Below, in pieces: positions 1-8,694 of a stretch of DNA of 64,000 nucleotides. The stretch comes from an uncultured Candidatus Saccharibacteria bacterium (lineage in GTDB: Bacteria > Patescibacteriota > Minisyncoccia > Phycocordibacterales > Phycocordibacteraceae). The position numbers and the translations under genes are program-made. Each line of letters starts with the position of its first letter. The stretch's first letter is position 1. The notes under the pieces are model-generated. The model did no database searches and was not told the DNA's origin. It worked only from the letters and a program-made list of their open reading frames with translations. The stretch covers positions 36,782-100,781 of the forward strand of contig CAYXYP010000001.1 in assembly GCA_964469405.1 (NCBI GenBank), given 5' to 3'.

Positions 1-661
1 TGCTGATGAGCGCGTGCGGCAGACCGGTATCTTTTCACCTACAGGGCTTCGTGGTTTCGACCTCGCCGAGAAAACTATCGGTGTTGTTGGCACTGGACAT
101 ATTGGCGCACACATTATCCGCATGGCGCAAGGCTTCGGTATGACGGTCATCGCCTTTGACACAAAACCCAATCCGGATCTTTCCCACATACTCAACTTTA
201 AGTACGTATCTCTGAGCGAATTACTCGGAACGTCCGATATCATCACTCTCCATGTTCCCTACAACGAACAAACACATCACCTTATCAATCGAGATAATAT
301 CGGAAGTATCAAAAAAGGTGCTTACCTCATCAACACCGCCCGAGGAGCCGTCGTCGAAACTCAAGCCCTTATTGAAGCTCTCCGAAGCGAACAAATTGCA
401 GGCGCAGGACTCGACGTACTTGAAGAAGAAGGTCATCTCGCTGATGAGGCGGCATTTCTCACCGCATCTCACCCGCGCGAAGAGGAGCTCAAAACTGTCC
501 TTGAGGATCACTATCTCATCAACCATCCACGCGTCATCGTGACGCCGCACCTTGCCTTCAACACGACGGAAGCCATCGAGCGTATCCTCAATGCGACGAT
601 CGAAAACATACAGCACTTTAGCGAAGGGACATCTACAAATATTGTTACCCTGCCTTCCTAA
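1..661 (+). CDS. D-isomer-specific 2-hydroxyacid dehydrogenase (NAD-binding), 5'-truncated at window edge
   Basis: GxGxxG NAD-binding motif (GVVGTGHIG); conserved family residues across ORF 14..661; reading frame is open to the window start. Confidence 0.7.
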   Translation, partial: ADERVRQTGIFSPTGLRGFDLAEKTIGVVGTGHIGAHIIRMAQGFGMTVIAFDTKPNPDLSHILNFKYVSLSELLGTSDIITLHVPYNEQTHHLINRDNIGSIKKGAYLINTARGAVVETQALIEALRSEQIAGAGLDVLEEEGHLADEAAFLTASHPREEELKTVLEDHYLINHPRVIVTPHLAFNTTEAIERILNATIENIQHFSEGTSTNIVTLPS

Positions 662-711
662 TACTCTCGAGGGTTTCGTGAAATTGTTTCCACGTTATAC
701 TCTATCGGCAT

Positions 712-1581
712 ATGATCTCTCGCGAACGTATCATCCCCATTCTTGCTACTTTTTTCATCATAAATGCTTCCAGTGCATTTTTTATAGGATCTGGCTTTGG
801 ATTTACTGCTCAAGCAAAAAATATTTTCCACAAGGATCAAGCATCCTACGCCGAAGTATCTACCACATCGGAACAGACTCTCTCGAACATTGCTTCATCT
901 ACTGAAAAAATTGACCTCCCAATTCTGGTGTATCACATCGTTCGACCGAGTTATCCGGATGACAGCGAAGCAGTGCGAACTCTCGCACTTACGCCGGAAA
1001 TCTTTGATGCGGAGATGATGTATTTAGACAAAACCGGACACCACATAGTGTCGTTTAGCGACCTTGAAAATTATTTTCGTAGCGGTACATTACTCCCAGA
1101 TAAACCCGTGATTATTTCTTTTGACGACGGCTGGAGCGACCAGTTCAAATACTCGTTCCCGACTCTTAAGAAATATAATTTCAAGGCTACATTCTTTGTC
1201 TTTACAAATTCAATCGGTCGACATGATTTCCTAACCTGGGAAGAATTGCAGGAAATGCTTGACGCAGGGATGACCATCGGAAGCCATTCACGCTCACACC
1301 CGTACCTCGCAAATATCACCGACCCAGATACGCTCTGGGATGAAATTTATGGCAGCAAAGTACTACTGGAGAAGCATCTCGGAATTCATGTCAACGAATT
1401 TGCCTACCCTTTCGGACAGTACAACGCTGATACCGTAGCGATGGTGGTGAAAGCCGGCTATCGATCAGGTCGTGGCGACTTTTATAGCGGGAAACAAACG
1501 GCGGACCGGCTCTACGAACTCAGCGCCATGAATGCACCGACCACTATGGAGTTTTTCGTAATGAGGTTCCCTTCCCGTTGA
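712..1581 (+). CDS. polysaccharide deacetylase (NodB-homology domain), N-terminal signal/TM
   Basis: Motifs 'ISFDDGW', 'HSRSHP' typical of the NodB/CE4 family; hydrophobic N-terminus. Confidence 0.7.
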   Translation: MISRERIIPILATFFIINASSAFFIGSGFGFTAQAKNIFHKDQASYAEVSTTSEQTLSNIASSTEKIDLPILVYHIVRPSYPDDSEAVRTLALTPEIFDAEMMYLDKTGHHIVSFSDLENYFRSGTLLPDKPVIISFDDGWSDQFKYSFPTLKKYNFKATFFVFTNSIGRHDFLTWEELQEMLDAGMTIGSHSRSHPYLANITDPDTLWDEIYGSKVLLEKHLGIHVNEFAYPFGQYNADTVAMVVKAGYRSGRGDFYSGKQTADRLYELSAMNAPTTMEFFVMRFPSR

Positions 1582-1613
1582 TACATAGCTGACTGTTACA
1601 CTACTCTTTCTTA

Positions 1614-2246
1614 ATGATTTCTAACAAGTGGTTGGTACAGGTGGGGATTATAGGGATCATGGCCGTTACTTTCGTAGTAGTGTCGTACGTCGCGCGAGCA
1701 AACGAACCTGTACTTGCTGCCATCGTTCAAGACGGAAATGTCACGAGCATCATTGGCTTCATTCTACTCACTGCACTATTCGTCGTCTTCGTTATTCCGC
1801 TCGACATTGTGTTCCTTATTCCTCTCGGCGCATTAGTGTGGGGACCCGTGCCAACAGCGCTGATGAGCATTATGGGATGGGTTCTCGGGAGCATGGTGGC
1901 ACTCGGTATCGCCCGCGCATTCGGAGCTCCTGTTGTAGAAAAAATGATTGGGCTGAAACGGATACGGGGTATCGAGGCGCGCATACCAAATCAAAACACC
2001 TTTTGGACTGTCGTATTCCTGCGGTTAATAATCCCTGTCGATATTTTAAGCTACGCACTCGGACTTTTTAGCACAATGTCATGGCGCCCGTATATGCTTG
2101 CAACACTGATAGGCGTAACTCCTTTCGGTTTCTATTTCTCCTACGCCGGAACACTTCCGTTTTGGTATCAAATCGCTGCGGTAATCGGCGCACTCGTACT
2201 TGCCACTGCAATCGTATTTAAATACGACGCTCAAGAAAATCCTTAA
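1614..2246 (+). CDS. DedA/TVP38-family integral membrane protein
   Basis: Multi-TM 210-aa protein with DedA-like 'GALVWGPVPTALMSIMGWVLG' core. Confidence 0.5.
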   Translation: MISNKWLVQVGIIGIMAVTFVVVSYVARANEPVLAAIVQDGNVTSIIGFILLTALFVVFVIPLDIVFLIPLGALVWGPVPTALMSIMGWVLGSMVALGIARAFGAPVVEKMIGLKRIRGIEARIPNQNTFWTVVFLRLIIPVDILSYALGLFSTMSWRPYMLATLIGVTPFGFYFSYAGTLPFWYQIAAVIGALVLATAIVFKYDAQENP

Positions 2247-2249
2247 TAT

Positions 2250-2436
2250 TTCTTTAATTCCAACCCACCGTTAACGAAAACGGAAAGCCGCCTCTCGCCG
2301 TGTTCGGCTCGAAACCTACGCTTCCTCTTCGGAAGCTGCGGCACTAAAGTACTGCTGTTTATTAGCCAATCGCTTCGCTCTTGGATAAACAGGGAGCCCG
2401 CGGTTCGATTCCGGCGACACTCGCATAAGTAGCTAA
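2250..2436 (+). other. unassigned structured region containing a degenerate tRNA-like T-arm (GGTTCGATTCC)
   Basis: 'gcccgcggttcgattccggcgacactcgca' at ~2395-2425 resembles the 3' half of the intron-tRNA at 14254-14290, but the T-stem is not fully pairable; a strong terminator follows immediately. Confidence 0.25.
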
Positions 2437-2469
2437 AAATCGCATGGCTTGCACCATGCGATTTTTCGT
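2437..2469. terminator. rho-independent terminator hairpin (bidirectional)
   Basis: Perfect inverted repeat AAAAATCGCATGG-cttgcac-CCATGCGATTTTT, flanked by an A-run and a T-run. Confidence 0.75.
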
Positions 2470-2473
2470 ACTT

Positions 2474-2640
2474 GTTGCCCGAGGCGGTACTGTACCCGTA
2501 CCCATAGGGAGTTACAAGGTTTTTAGGGGACCTTCCTTCCCCCTTAGTCGACGGGGGCCGGTATGGGTCGCTTTCCAATGATTTGAAGGGTTTTCGCTCG
2601 CTTCAGATCGGCCAACTAGGGCGGCGGTACTGTACCCCTC
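2474..2640. repeat. left boundary repeats of the island: GGCGGTACTGTAC (x2) flanking GGGGGCCGGTA
   Basis: GGCGGTACTGTAC at 2483-2495 and 2623-2635; GGGGGCCGGTA at 2553-2563; the same motifs recur at 14196-14229 next to the tRNA 3' end. Confidence 0.5.
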
Positions 2641-2681
2641 AATAGACACGATAGACACTATAAAAAGGGGCGGGAAAGTGT

Positions 2682-3227
2682 CTACTCGATTACCCACTCC
2701 ACCAATCCGAAATTTTCCGGCTCTAGCCCAATATTTAGAGCAGCCGCGAGCCACTCGATTTGAGAATTCTGTATCGCGTCTTTCTTCTGGCGCTTCAATT
2801 CGAGAAATACGGTCTTGCTTCCCTTCCAGACGAGGACGTCCCAGCATCCTCCGAACCGGCCGGTTTGCCTCCTCAGGTCGGAAACGAGATCCGCTTGTTT
2901 AGATGGCAAGTCTACCGGCTCCACGACATCCGGCAGGCCAACTCTATATTTCCTTCGATATGAATCCACCCAGACACCATTCCAGCCATTCGATTGAAAT
3001 AATCGAAGTACCGCGAGTTCTGCAAATACCGGCTCGCCGTTCCAATCGATAACCGCCTTATTGTTGTAGGTGTTCGGGATCGAATCGCCCACCCATTGTT
3101 TGAAGCGTAAAAAATATTTCGGTATTGAAATTTGCTCGCCAGAAGGAAGCGAAAATATTTCGCTATTACTTTTGTAATGCTCTAAAAATCCAAGATCTCC
3201 CGCTTGGTCGGGTTGTATTGTCTGCAT
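2682..3227 (-). CDS. PD-(D/E)xK / VRR-NUC-like nuclease-domain protein
   Basis: C-terminal 'GGCWDVLVW...FLELKRQKKD...Q..WL' matches the VRR-NUC/PD-(D/E)xK pattern (D...E-x-K, Q). Confidence 0.4.
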   Translation of the reverse strand: MQTIQPDQAGDLGFLEHYKSNSEIFSLPSGEQISIPKYFLRFKQWVGDSIPNTYNNKAVIDWNGEPVFAELAVLRLFQSNGWNGVWVDSYRRKYRVGLPDVVEPVDLPSKQADLVSDLRRQTGRFGGCWDVLVWKGSKTVFLELKRQKKDAIQNSQIEWLAAALNIGLEPENFGLVEWVIE

Positions 3228-3708
3228 GACCTGGGAAGGTTTTGTTTGGCGGGAAATACAAAGCTCCCCGCCAGGCGATGGCTTGCGCCACCCACCCCCA
3301 GTTTCCCGGAGGGACCTTCCCAGGTGCTCCTGACGAGGAGCTTTCTACTGGGAAGGATTTGCGTCATGCCGAGTTACCGGTTTAGACATCTTGATAATAA
3401 CGCGAAAGAGCGACCGTTGGCTACCCTAGCTTAGTTTTCGGTGGTTGCGAAGGACCCTGGGGATAACTACTTTAAGCAGCTCCGATTGACAGTGTTGACA
3501 TTCATCGTCTGTTATAAACGCTGATTTAAATATTCAGACTGAGAAAATATCGTGCGCACTGAATTGTCACGAAATGACTCTCAAAATAACTCGCGCAACA
3601 AAACGTCGATGTATACTTACACTAACCAGCGGGCGAGCAACCTATTTAGATACTGCGAGAGATTCCCAGTGTGGAATATTTCGATAGACACCAAACTAGC
3701 AACCGAAA

Positions 3709-5058
3709 ATGTTTATTCGGTTAACGATAAATGTTATGGGGAATCTCAACATAGTGTATGTGCCTATAAGTGAATTGAGACCGTCAGATTATAATCCGCG
3801 AAAATGGAACGAGGCACAGATAGTGGCACTGAAGGAAAGCTTACAGCGTTTTGGTGTTCTAGATCCATTGATATGTAATTCTGCACTCGGGCGTGAAAAT
3901 ATAGTTATTGGTGGACACTTCCGTCTCAAGGTCGCAAAGGATATGGGTCTCAAGGAGATGCCTGTTGTGTACGTGAATATACCGGAGATAGAGCGCGAGA
4001 AAGAATTAAATATCCGATTGAACAAAAACCTCGGAGAATTCGATCTAGCGATTCTTAAGGACTTCGGTGAGAACTTCTTAAAGGATGTGGGATTCGACAC
4101 GATCGAGCTAGACGAGATCTTTGAGGTTGCGACTACACCCGAGCATTTTGACCTTAAGCGCGAGCTGGAAAAACTTAACATCAGCGAGGTGACAATCAAG
4201 AAGGGCGATATGTTCGACTTAGACGGTTCGCGTCTTCGTTGTGGAGACAGCACTATTGAAGCTGACATGCTTGCACTGATGAACGAAGAGAAGGCCGACA
4301 TGTGTTTTACGGACCCACCCTATATTCTTGATTACCTTCGGGGTAAGAAGAAAAACGGCAAGCCAACGGAAGGTTTCGGATTAAAACGCGATCGTAAGTA
4401 TCTCGGAACCGACTCTCTACCCGAGAACTTCTCCGACCTCTGGATGGCGAACGTCGCCAAGGTGCAAAAGCCGGACTTCTCTATCATCGTTTATGAAAAT
4501 CCTAAGAATTTGAGGACTATATGGAACGCCCTTGAAAAACATTGGAAATATCGGAACACTATCGTGTGGCATCTAAGCAACCGCGTACAAGGTTTTTCTG
4601 CCAAGTACAAATTCTTTAGCAAGCACGATATAGCGCTTGTAGGCACCTCAGGCGATGTGACGCTCAATGATGAGCCAGAAGATGACCCGCTGTTCCAGGA
4701 ACAGTACGAGACAGCTCTCTTCGCAACTTCCGGCCATCCTCATTGGGAGGGACCTGGCAAAGGCAAAAAGTATTGCCCTACTGACCACATAGAATTCGTC
4801 GCGGCAGACGAAAAGTCGTCCGGTCAAGGAATAATCTTCGGGACTAAGCCAATAGAAATCCTCCTTCCATATCTGAAGGTGCTTACTAAGCGTGGCGATC
4901 TTGTGCTTGAGCCTTTCGGAGGTAGTGGTTCCACGCTCATCGCCGCCAACAAACTTGGTCGCCGTTGCTATGTGATGGAGAAGAGCGAAGTGTATACCGC
5001 AGTTATCATTGCCCGCTGGGAGAAGACAACCGGAAAAAAGGCGAAGAAAATTTCCTAG
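3709..5058 (+). CDS. ParB-like nuclease domain fused to a DNA methyltransferase (N6A/N4C, beta class)
   Basis: N-terminal ParB/Srx fold ('ISELRPSDYNPRKW...GGHFRL'); 'DPPY' motif IV (FTDPPY) followed by a C-terminal FxGxG SAM motif (EPFGGSGST). Confidence 0.7.
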   Translation: MFIRLTINVMGNLNIVYVPISELRPSDYNPRKWNEAQIVALKESLQRFGVLDPLICNSALGRENIVIGGHFRLKVAKDMGLKEMPVVYVNIPEIEREKELNIRLNKNLGEFDLAILKDFGENFLKDVGFDTIELDEIFEVATTPEHFDLKRELEKLNISEVTIKKGDMFDLDGSRLRCGDSTIEADMLALMNEEKADMCFTDPPYILDYLRGKKKNGKPTEGFGLKRDRKYLGTDSLPENFSDLWMANVAKVQKPDFSIIVYENPKNLRTIWNALEKHWKYRNTIVWHLSNRVQGFSAKYKFFSKHDIALVGTSGDVTLNDEPEDDPLFQEQYETALFATSGHPHWEGPGKGKKYCPTDHIEFVAADEKSSGQGIIFGTKPIEILLPYLKVLTKRGDLVLEPFGGSGSTLIAANKLGRRCYVMEKSEVYTAVIIARWEKTTGKKAKKIS

Positions 5059-5061
5059 CAT

Positions 5062-5709
5062 ATGGCTGGGAAACTTTCCCCGAAGAAGAAACGTCTTGCG
5101 ACCCTTGCCAAGAAGACTGCCGAGCAGAAGGATGCTCTCCTCGAACACCTCGCCAAATGTTGCATCGTGCAGGCCGCGTGCGAACGAACCGGAGTCGGTC
5201 GTTCCACATACTACAAATGGTACGCGGAAGATGATGGGTTCCGCAATGCGGCTGATAAGGCATTCACTGCCGGTCGTGCGTATCTGAATGATGTTGCTAT
5301 ATCAGGACTTCTTAAACTGATACAAGAAGGCAGTGTTGGGGCGACTATCTTCTGGCTCAAGAATAATCATATGTGGTTCGCCGAGAAAATCCGACATGAG
5401 CACGAGCATCGTATCATCGGTGTCGGCGATGGTGTACTTACCCCAGAACAACGCGAGCAACTCATTAAAGCTCAACGTCTCTCGGGCATGACGGCTGCGG
5501 CTATCATCCATGAAGAATTGAAAGAGAAATTCTTGGCAAGTAAGAAGGGCCAGGAAACGGCAAACGATGTTGACAAAAGTCCAACGAACGAGGCACCAGA
5601 TGACGATCGTATCTCAGACTGGGGTACAGGCAAACCGGCGGAGAAATTCAATAAAGAGCTCGAACGCAATGGGATCAATATCCAGGAGTTCTTGAGGAAT
5701 CGTAAATAA
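5062..5709 (+). CDS. phage terminase small-subunit-like HTH protein
   Basis: HTH 'CERTGVGRSTYYKW' and an 'IFWLKNNH' motif typical of phage TerS; sits downstream of the ParB-MTase as in phage packaging modules. Confidence 0.35.
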   Translation: MAGKLSPKKKRLATLAKKTAEQKDALLEHLAKCCIVQAACERTGVGRSTYYKWYAEDDGFRNAADKAFTAGRAYLNDVAISGLLKLIQEGSVGATIFWLKNNHMWFAEKIRHEHEHRIIGVGDGVLTPEQREQLIKAQRLSGMTAAAIIHEELKEKFLASKKGQETANDVDKSPTNEAPDDDRISDWGTGKPAEKFNKELERNGINIQEFLRNRK

Positions 5710-5715
5710 AATGGT

Positions 5716-5996
5716 TTTAATTCCAAGAATGGCCGCCCCCGAAGGAGAGGCCACCGCGAGAGTTATTTATTCCTCTCACGCTCAGTAGTGTCTGGATGTC
5801 TCTTGGCGTACTCTTCAGTACAGAAACGACCAGTGTCACTACGTCGATAGTCGTAGTTTGCCATAGGCAGATTCGATTAGGCTGATAAACCACCATGGAC
5901 ATGCGAAAGGCCGCATGCCCAGTCGTCAAGCAATAGAGGCTTCTCAGCTCCATGATGATTATCAACTCCATCAAGGCGGCCATTCTTGGAATCAAA
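5716..5996. repeat. 19-bp inverted repeat (TTCCAAGAATGGCCGCC) flanking a ~240-bp structured spacer
   Basis: 'ttaattccaagaatggccgcc' at 5716-5737 and its reverse complement 'ggcggccattcttggaatcaa' at 5975-5996. Confidence 0.5.
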
Positions 5997-6070
5997 GAAC
6001 CTATTTATGGTAGCTCATTTTGAGCCATAGTCGTAGACCCTAGCTTAGATACCCAGATTTGCAAAGAAGG

Positions 6071-7708
6071 TCAAAATGCAACCTCCTGGACAACTGTATC
6101 TAATCCCTGGAAATATTCGGACGGAATGTTTGATATTGGGTAGAATTTGAAACTTTTAATATCGGTACTTCCTGCCAAAGTTGCCGAGCCTTGCACAATA
6201 TATCCATCAACAGCATCCGTCTGCTCCGATATAACCGGCCCTCCACTCATACCGCTCCACATAGGGTTATTAACTAGATAGGCATGTATCCCTCCGGTTA
6301 CTTCCTTTTGTACAATATTCTGATCAACTGCTGCCGGTTCGCTCCAGAAATTTCCGTTGGACCTGAATCCTCCGTATCCCAAAGATACGTAGTCTTCTGT
6401 TTGACTATAACTATGATGAGTCTTTTTAGTGTTGGATTTAAAGATCAGGTCCGAATTGTCAGAAGCAGTGTACAAGACTGCAAAGTCTTTCACGACATCT
6501 CGACAGAGAACAGAAGCGCCCCTGAATTCAACTGGCAATCTTTTGTCTCGAGTAGTGAATTCGACACTCCCATCTTCCCCAACAACATGAGCGCAGGTGA
6601 CGATGGTGTTCTTGCTTATAAAAAAGCCACTACCGATTCCCTGAGTTGATTTGATGATTAGAACCTTGTTTAGATATTCCTCCTTCTTAGATTCTGGCAA
6701 TCTTTCCCCAAATTTCCCTTCCAAGTCACAGAGACGATTGAACAGCTTTCTATACAAGAGGTCTGTCTTATCTCTTACGTTGCCGATATGATCAATTCTG
6801 CCCCTAAGAACCTGTCGGAAGCTTTTTTTGAGACCTGAATTGTAACTATCATTAAACTTCTTCTCCGCTCCTTCTTCACCATAAACTTCCCAGGCATTAA
6901 GCATAGAACGAACATCTCTTATGTATTTTCGAGAAAGATTGCACTTCTTATTGACCTTAATTCCTGTAACCCACTTGCTTTGGTTTGGTACCGCTAAACG
7001 GGTCTTTTTTTGATTAATTGTAAAACCATTTGATTCTATTGTATTAACAATAGCCCTCCCGACAGTAACTGCACCTCCAACATTCGAGGCAAGTTTATTG
7101 TCTAGGCTATTTGCCGAAAATGTTATGTCATCCGCATAACGCGAATATCGCCAACCATTTTTATGTGCCAACCTGATTAGATCCTTGTCTAACCTTAGAC
7201 AAACCATGTTCGCAATAACAGGTGATGTAGGAGAACCCTGAGGTAAACAATTATCGCGTGTTGTGATTCCAGTCAGTACAGAAGATAGTTTATTTCCAAA
7301 ACGAAACGGATACCGTTTAAAAAGACCCATTACTCTTCCGGAGTTCACCACTCCAAAAAAGTCATTCAAATCAATATTTAATACGTAGTTTCTCTGGAGA
7401 TGGTTTTGAGCATTTGTAACAATCCCTCTACCATTAACAAACCCGTGAGCGGATTTTGGCAAAAACTCCTCGTATACGCTACCCAGATAGTAATTGAGTT
7501 TCTTACAGATAGTCTTTAATGCCTTATCTGGGGCATAAATATCTCTGTGCCCTCCCGTTTTTTTAGGAATCGTATAGTGCTTGTATAAAGATTCGTTGTT
7601 ATATGCAAAATAGAGGAGCGTCTCTAAATCAAGATCCAACAAATCTGCGAGATCTCTTATGTTTCCACAATCTCTAATATCTCTATCGGATTTGATGGTT
7701 GAAATCAT
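6071..7708 (-). CDS. retron-type reverse transcriptase fused to a C-terminal trypsin-like (S1) serine protease
   Basis: RT motifs: IPKKTGGHRDI, NIDLNDFF, LPQGSPTSPVIAN, YSRYADDITFS, and the retron-specific VTG (SKWVTGIKV). Protease motifs: TCAHVV (His) and GMSGGPV (Ser, GDSGGP-like). Confidence 0.8.
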   Translation of the reverse strand: MISTIKSDRDIRDCGNIRDLADLLDLDLETLLYFAYNNESLYKHYTIPKKTGGHRDIYAPDKALKTICKKLNYYLGSVYEEFLPKSAHGFVNGRGIVTNAQNHLQRNYVLNIDLNDFFGVVNSGRVMGLFKRYPFRFGNKLSSVLTGITTRDNCLPQGSPTSPVIANMVCLRLDKDLIRLAHKNGWRYSRYADDITFSANSLDNKLASNVGGAVTVGRAIVNTIESNGFTINQKKTRLAVPNQSKWVTGIKVNKKCNLSRKYIRDVRSMLNAWEVYGEEGAEKKFNDSYNSGLKKSFRQVLRGRIDHIGNVRDKTDLLYRKLFNRLCDLEGKFGERLPESKKEEYLNKVLIIKSTQGIGSGFFISKNTIVTCAHVVGEDGSVEFTTRDKRLPVEFRGASVLCRDVVKDFAVLYTASDNSDLIFKSNTKKTHHSYSQTEDYVSLGYGGFRSNGNFWSEPAAVDQNIVQKEVTGGIHAYLVNNPMWSGMSGGPVISEQTDAVDGYIVQGSATLAGSTDIKSFKFYPISNIPSEYFQGLDTVVQEVAF

Positions 7709-7847
7709 TCACTAATACACAAGCCTTCTTATCCTCGACCGCTAAATGCGGAACAACTTAACAACTTATGACACAGGGAGTATCCCCCTAACAACGTCAC
7801 AGCTCGTTGCTGTAACACAACGAAAAAATCGCTTGTGCATTAGTGAA
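7708..7847 (-). ncRNA. candidate retron msr/msd-like ncRNA bounded by a1/a2 inverted repeats
   Basis: 16-nt inverted repeats at 7708-7723 and 7832-7847 (15/16 Watson-Crick, one G.U). a1 ends in G, a2 abuts the RT start codon, and the inner 108 nt contain short hairpins. Confidence 0.3.
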
Positions 7848-7940
7848 TGCCTTCAAACCGAGGTAATAATAGCGCAAAATTGTCTGCAACGCTCAGAAAG
7901 TATCCGAGACGATTCGCTCGGGACCATTCAGACTGTGCAT

Positions 7941-8690
7941 TTAGTTTAGTTTTTGAAAAATAAAGAGGTGCTCATGCATTATCAATAAAAAGTTTGATTC
8001 CTTCGATCTGGTGACCCAGAAACCAGTTGCTTTGCAATTAAATTGTCGTTTAATAATATCCTCTTTCAGGACGAAACCTACTTTCAAGAATCGTTCCATT
8101 ACCTTAAAAGCGAGAGGTTGATACATTTTTTGTCTTCGAGTATCTCCCATCAAAATGGCACAGTATTTCCCAGGCCTTAAAACTCTATGGAGTTCTTTTG
8201 CAACCTTCTCTATTTCATCAACAAAAGCATCTATATCGTGTATTCCCGACAGGTCTTCTTCTATTTTGCCCTCGCTGTATTTGATGATGTCTGCATAAGG
8301 AGGGTGCGTGAGTACAAAATCAATTTCATTGTCTTTAATGAAGCTCATATTTCTCGCATCACACTTCACCACTCGTTGTTTCGCTTTATTGTCGACCTCA
8401 AATTCAAGTGATTTTCTTGTTCTTTCTAACGCTTCTTCATTCACATCAATGCAAGTGATATGACGATTAAGTATCTTTGCCTCTATTGCTGTAGTACCTC
8501 CTCCAATCATGCAGTCCAGCAAATGATCTTTTTCATTTGAGTACCGTAAAATAAGATTGCGGACGACCTCTGGTGCCCAATTTCCGCGCCAATCTGATTT
8601 ATGCGTCGCCCAGTTTCCACGACGCGGGAATGCCCATACGGTTGTACACTCTAGTTCAAATTCGTCAGGGTGTAATTTCTTTTCCACCAT
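7941..8690 (-). CDS. DNA methyltransferase (motif I GGGT then HPPY), DpnA/M.MboIC-like second MTase of an R-M system
   Basis: 'LDCMIGGGTT' SAM motif and 'HPPY' catalytic motif; 249 aa; adjacent to an REase and a Dam-like MTase. Confidence 0.6.
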   Translation of the reverse strand: MVEKKLHPDEFELECTTVWAFPRRGNWATHKSDWRGNWAPEVVRNLILRYSNEKDHLLDCMIGGGTTAIEAKILNRHITCIDVNEEALERTRKSLEFEVDNKAKQRVVKCDARNMSFIKDNEIDFVLTHPPYADIIKYSEGKIEEDLSGIHDIDAFVDEIEKVAKELHRVLRPGKYCAILMGDTRRQKMYQPLAFKVMERFLKVGFVLKEDIIKRQFNCKATGFWVTRSKESNFLLIMHEHLFIFQKLN

Positions 8691-8694
8691 ATAA

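Noticed and set aside
2250-2436. tmRNA or SRP RNA gene upstream of the 2437 terminator
   Set aside because: The T-arm-like motif cannot form a 5-bp stem, there is no acceptor partner, and the only in-frame 'tag' would end ...KLRH, unlike ssrA tags. SRP helix-8 similarity is too weak. Kept only as an unassigned region.
2243-2847. ORFs 2243..2578(-) and 2512..2847(-) across the island boundary
   Set aside because: They span repeat/terminator sequence and have no start context or coherent protein features. The region is better explained as non-coding att-like repeats.
6071-7708. group II intron-encoded RT/maturase
   Set aside because: No maturase (X) or endonuclease domain and no intron RNA domains V/VI flanking. 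The retron-specific VTG motif and a protease fusion are present instead.
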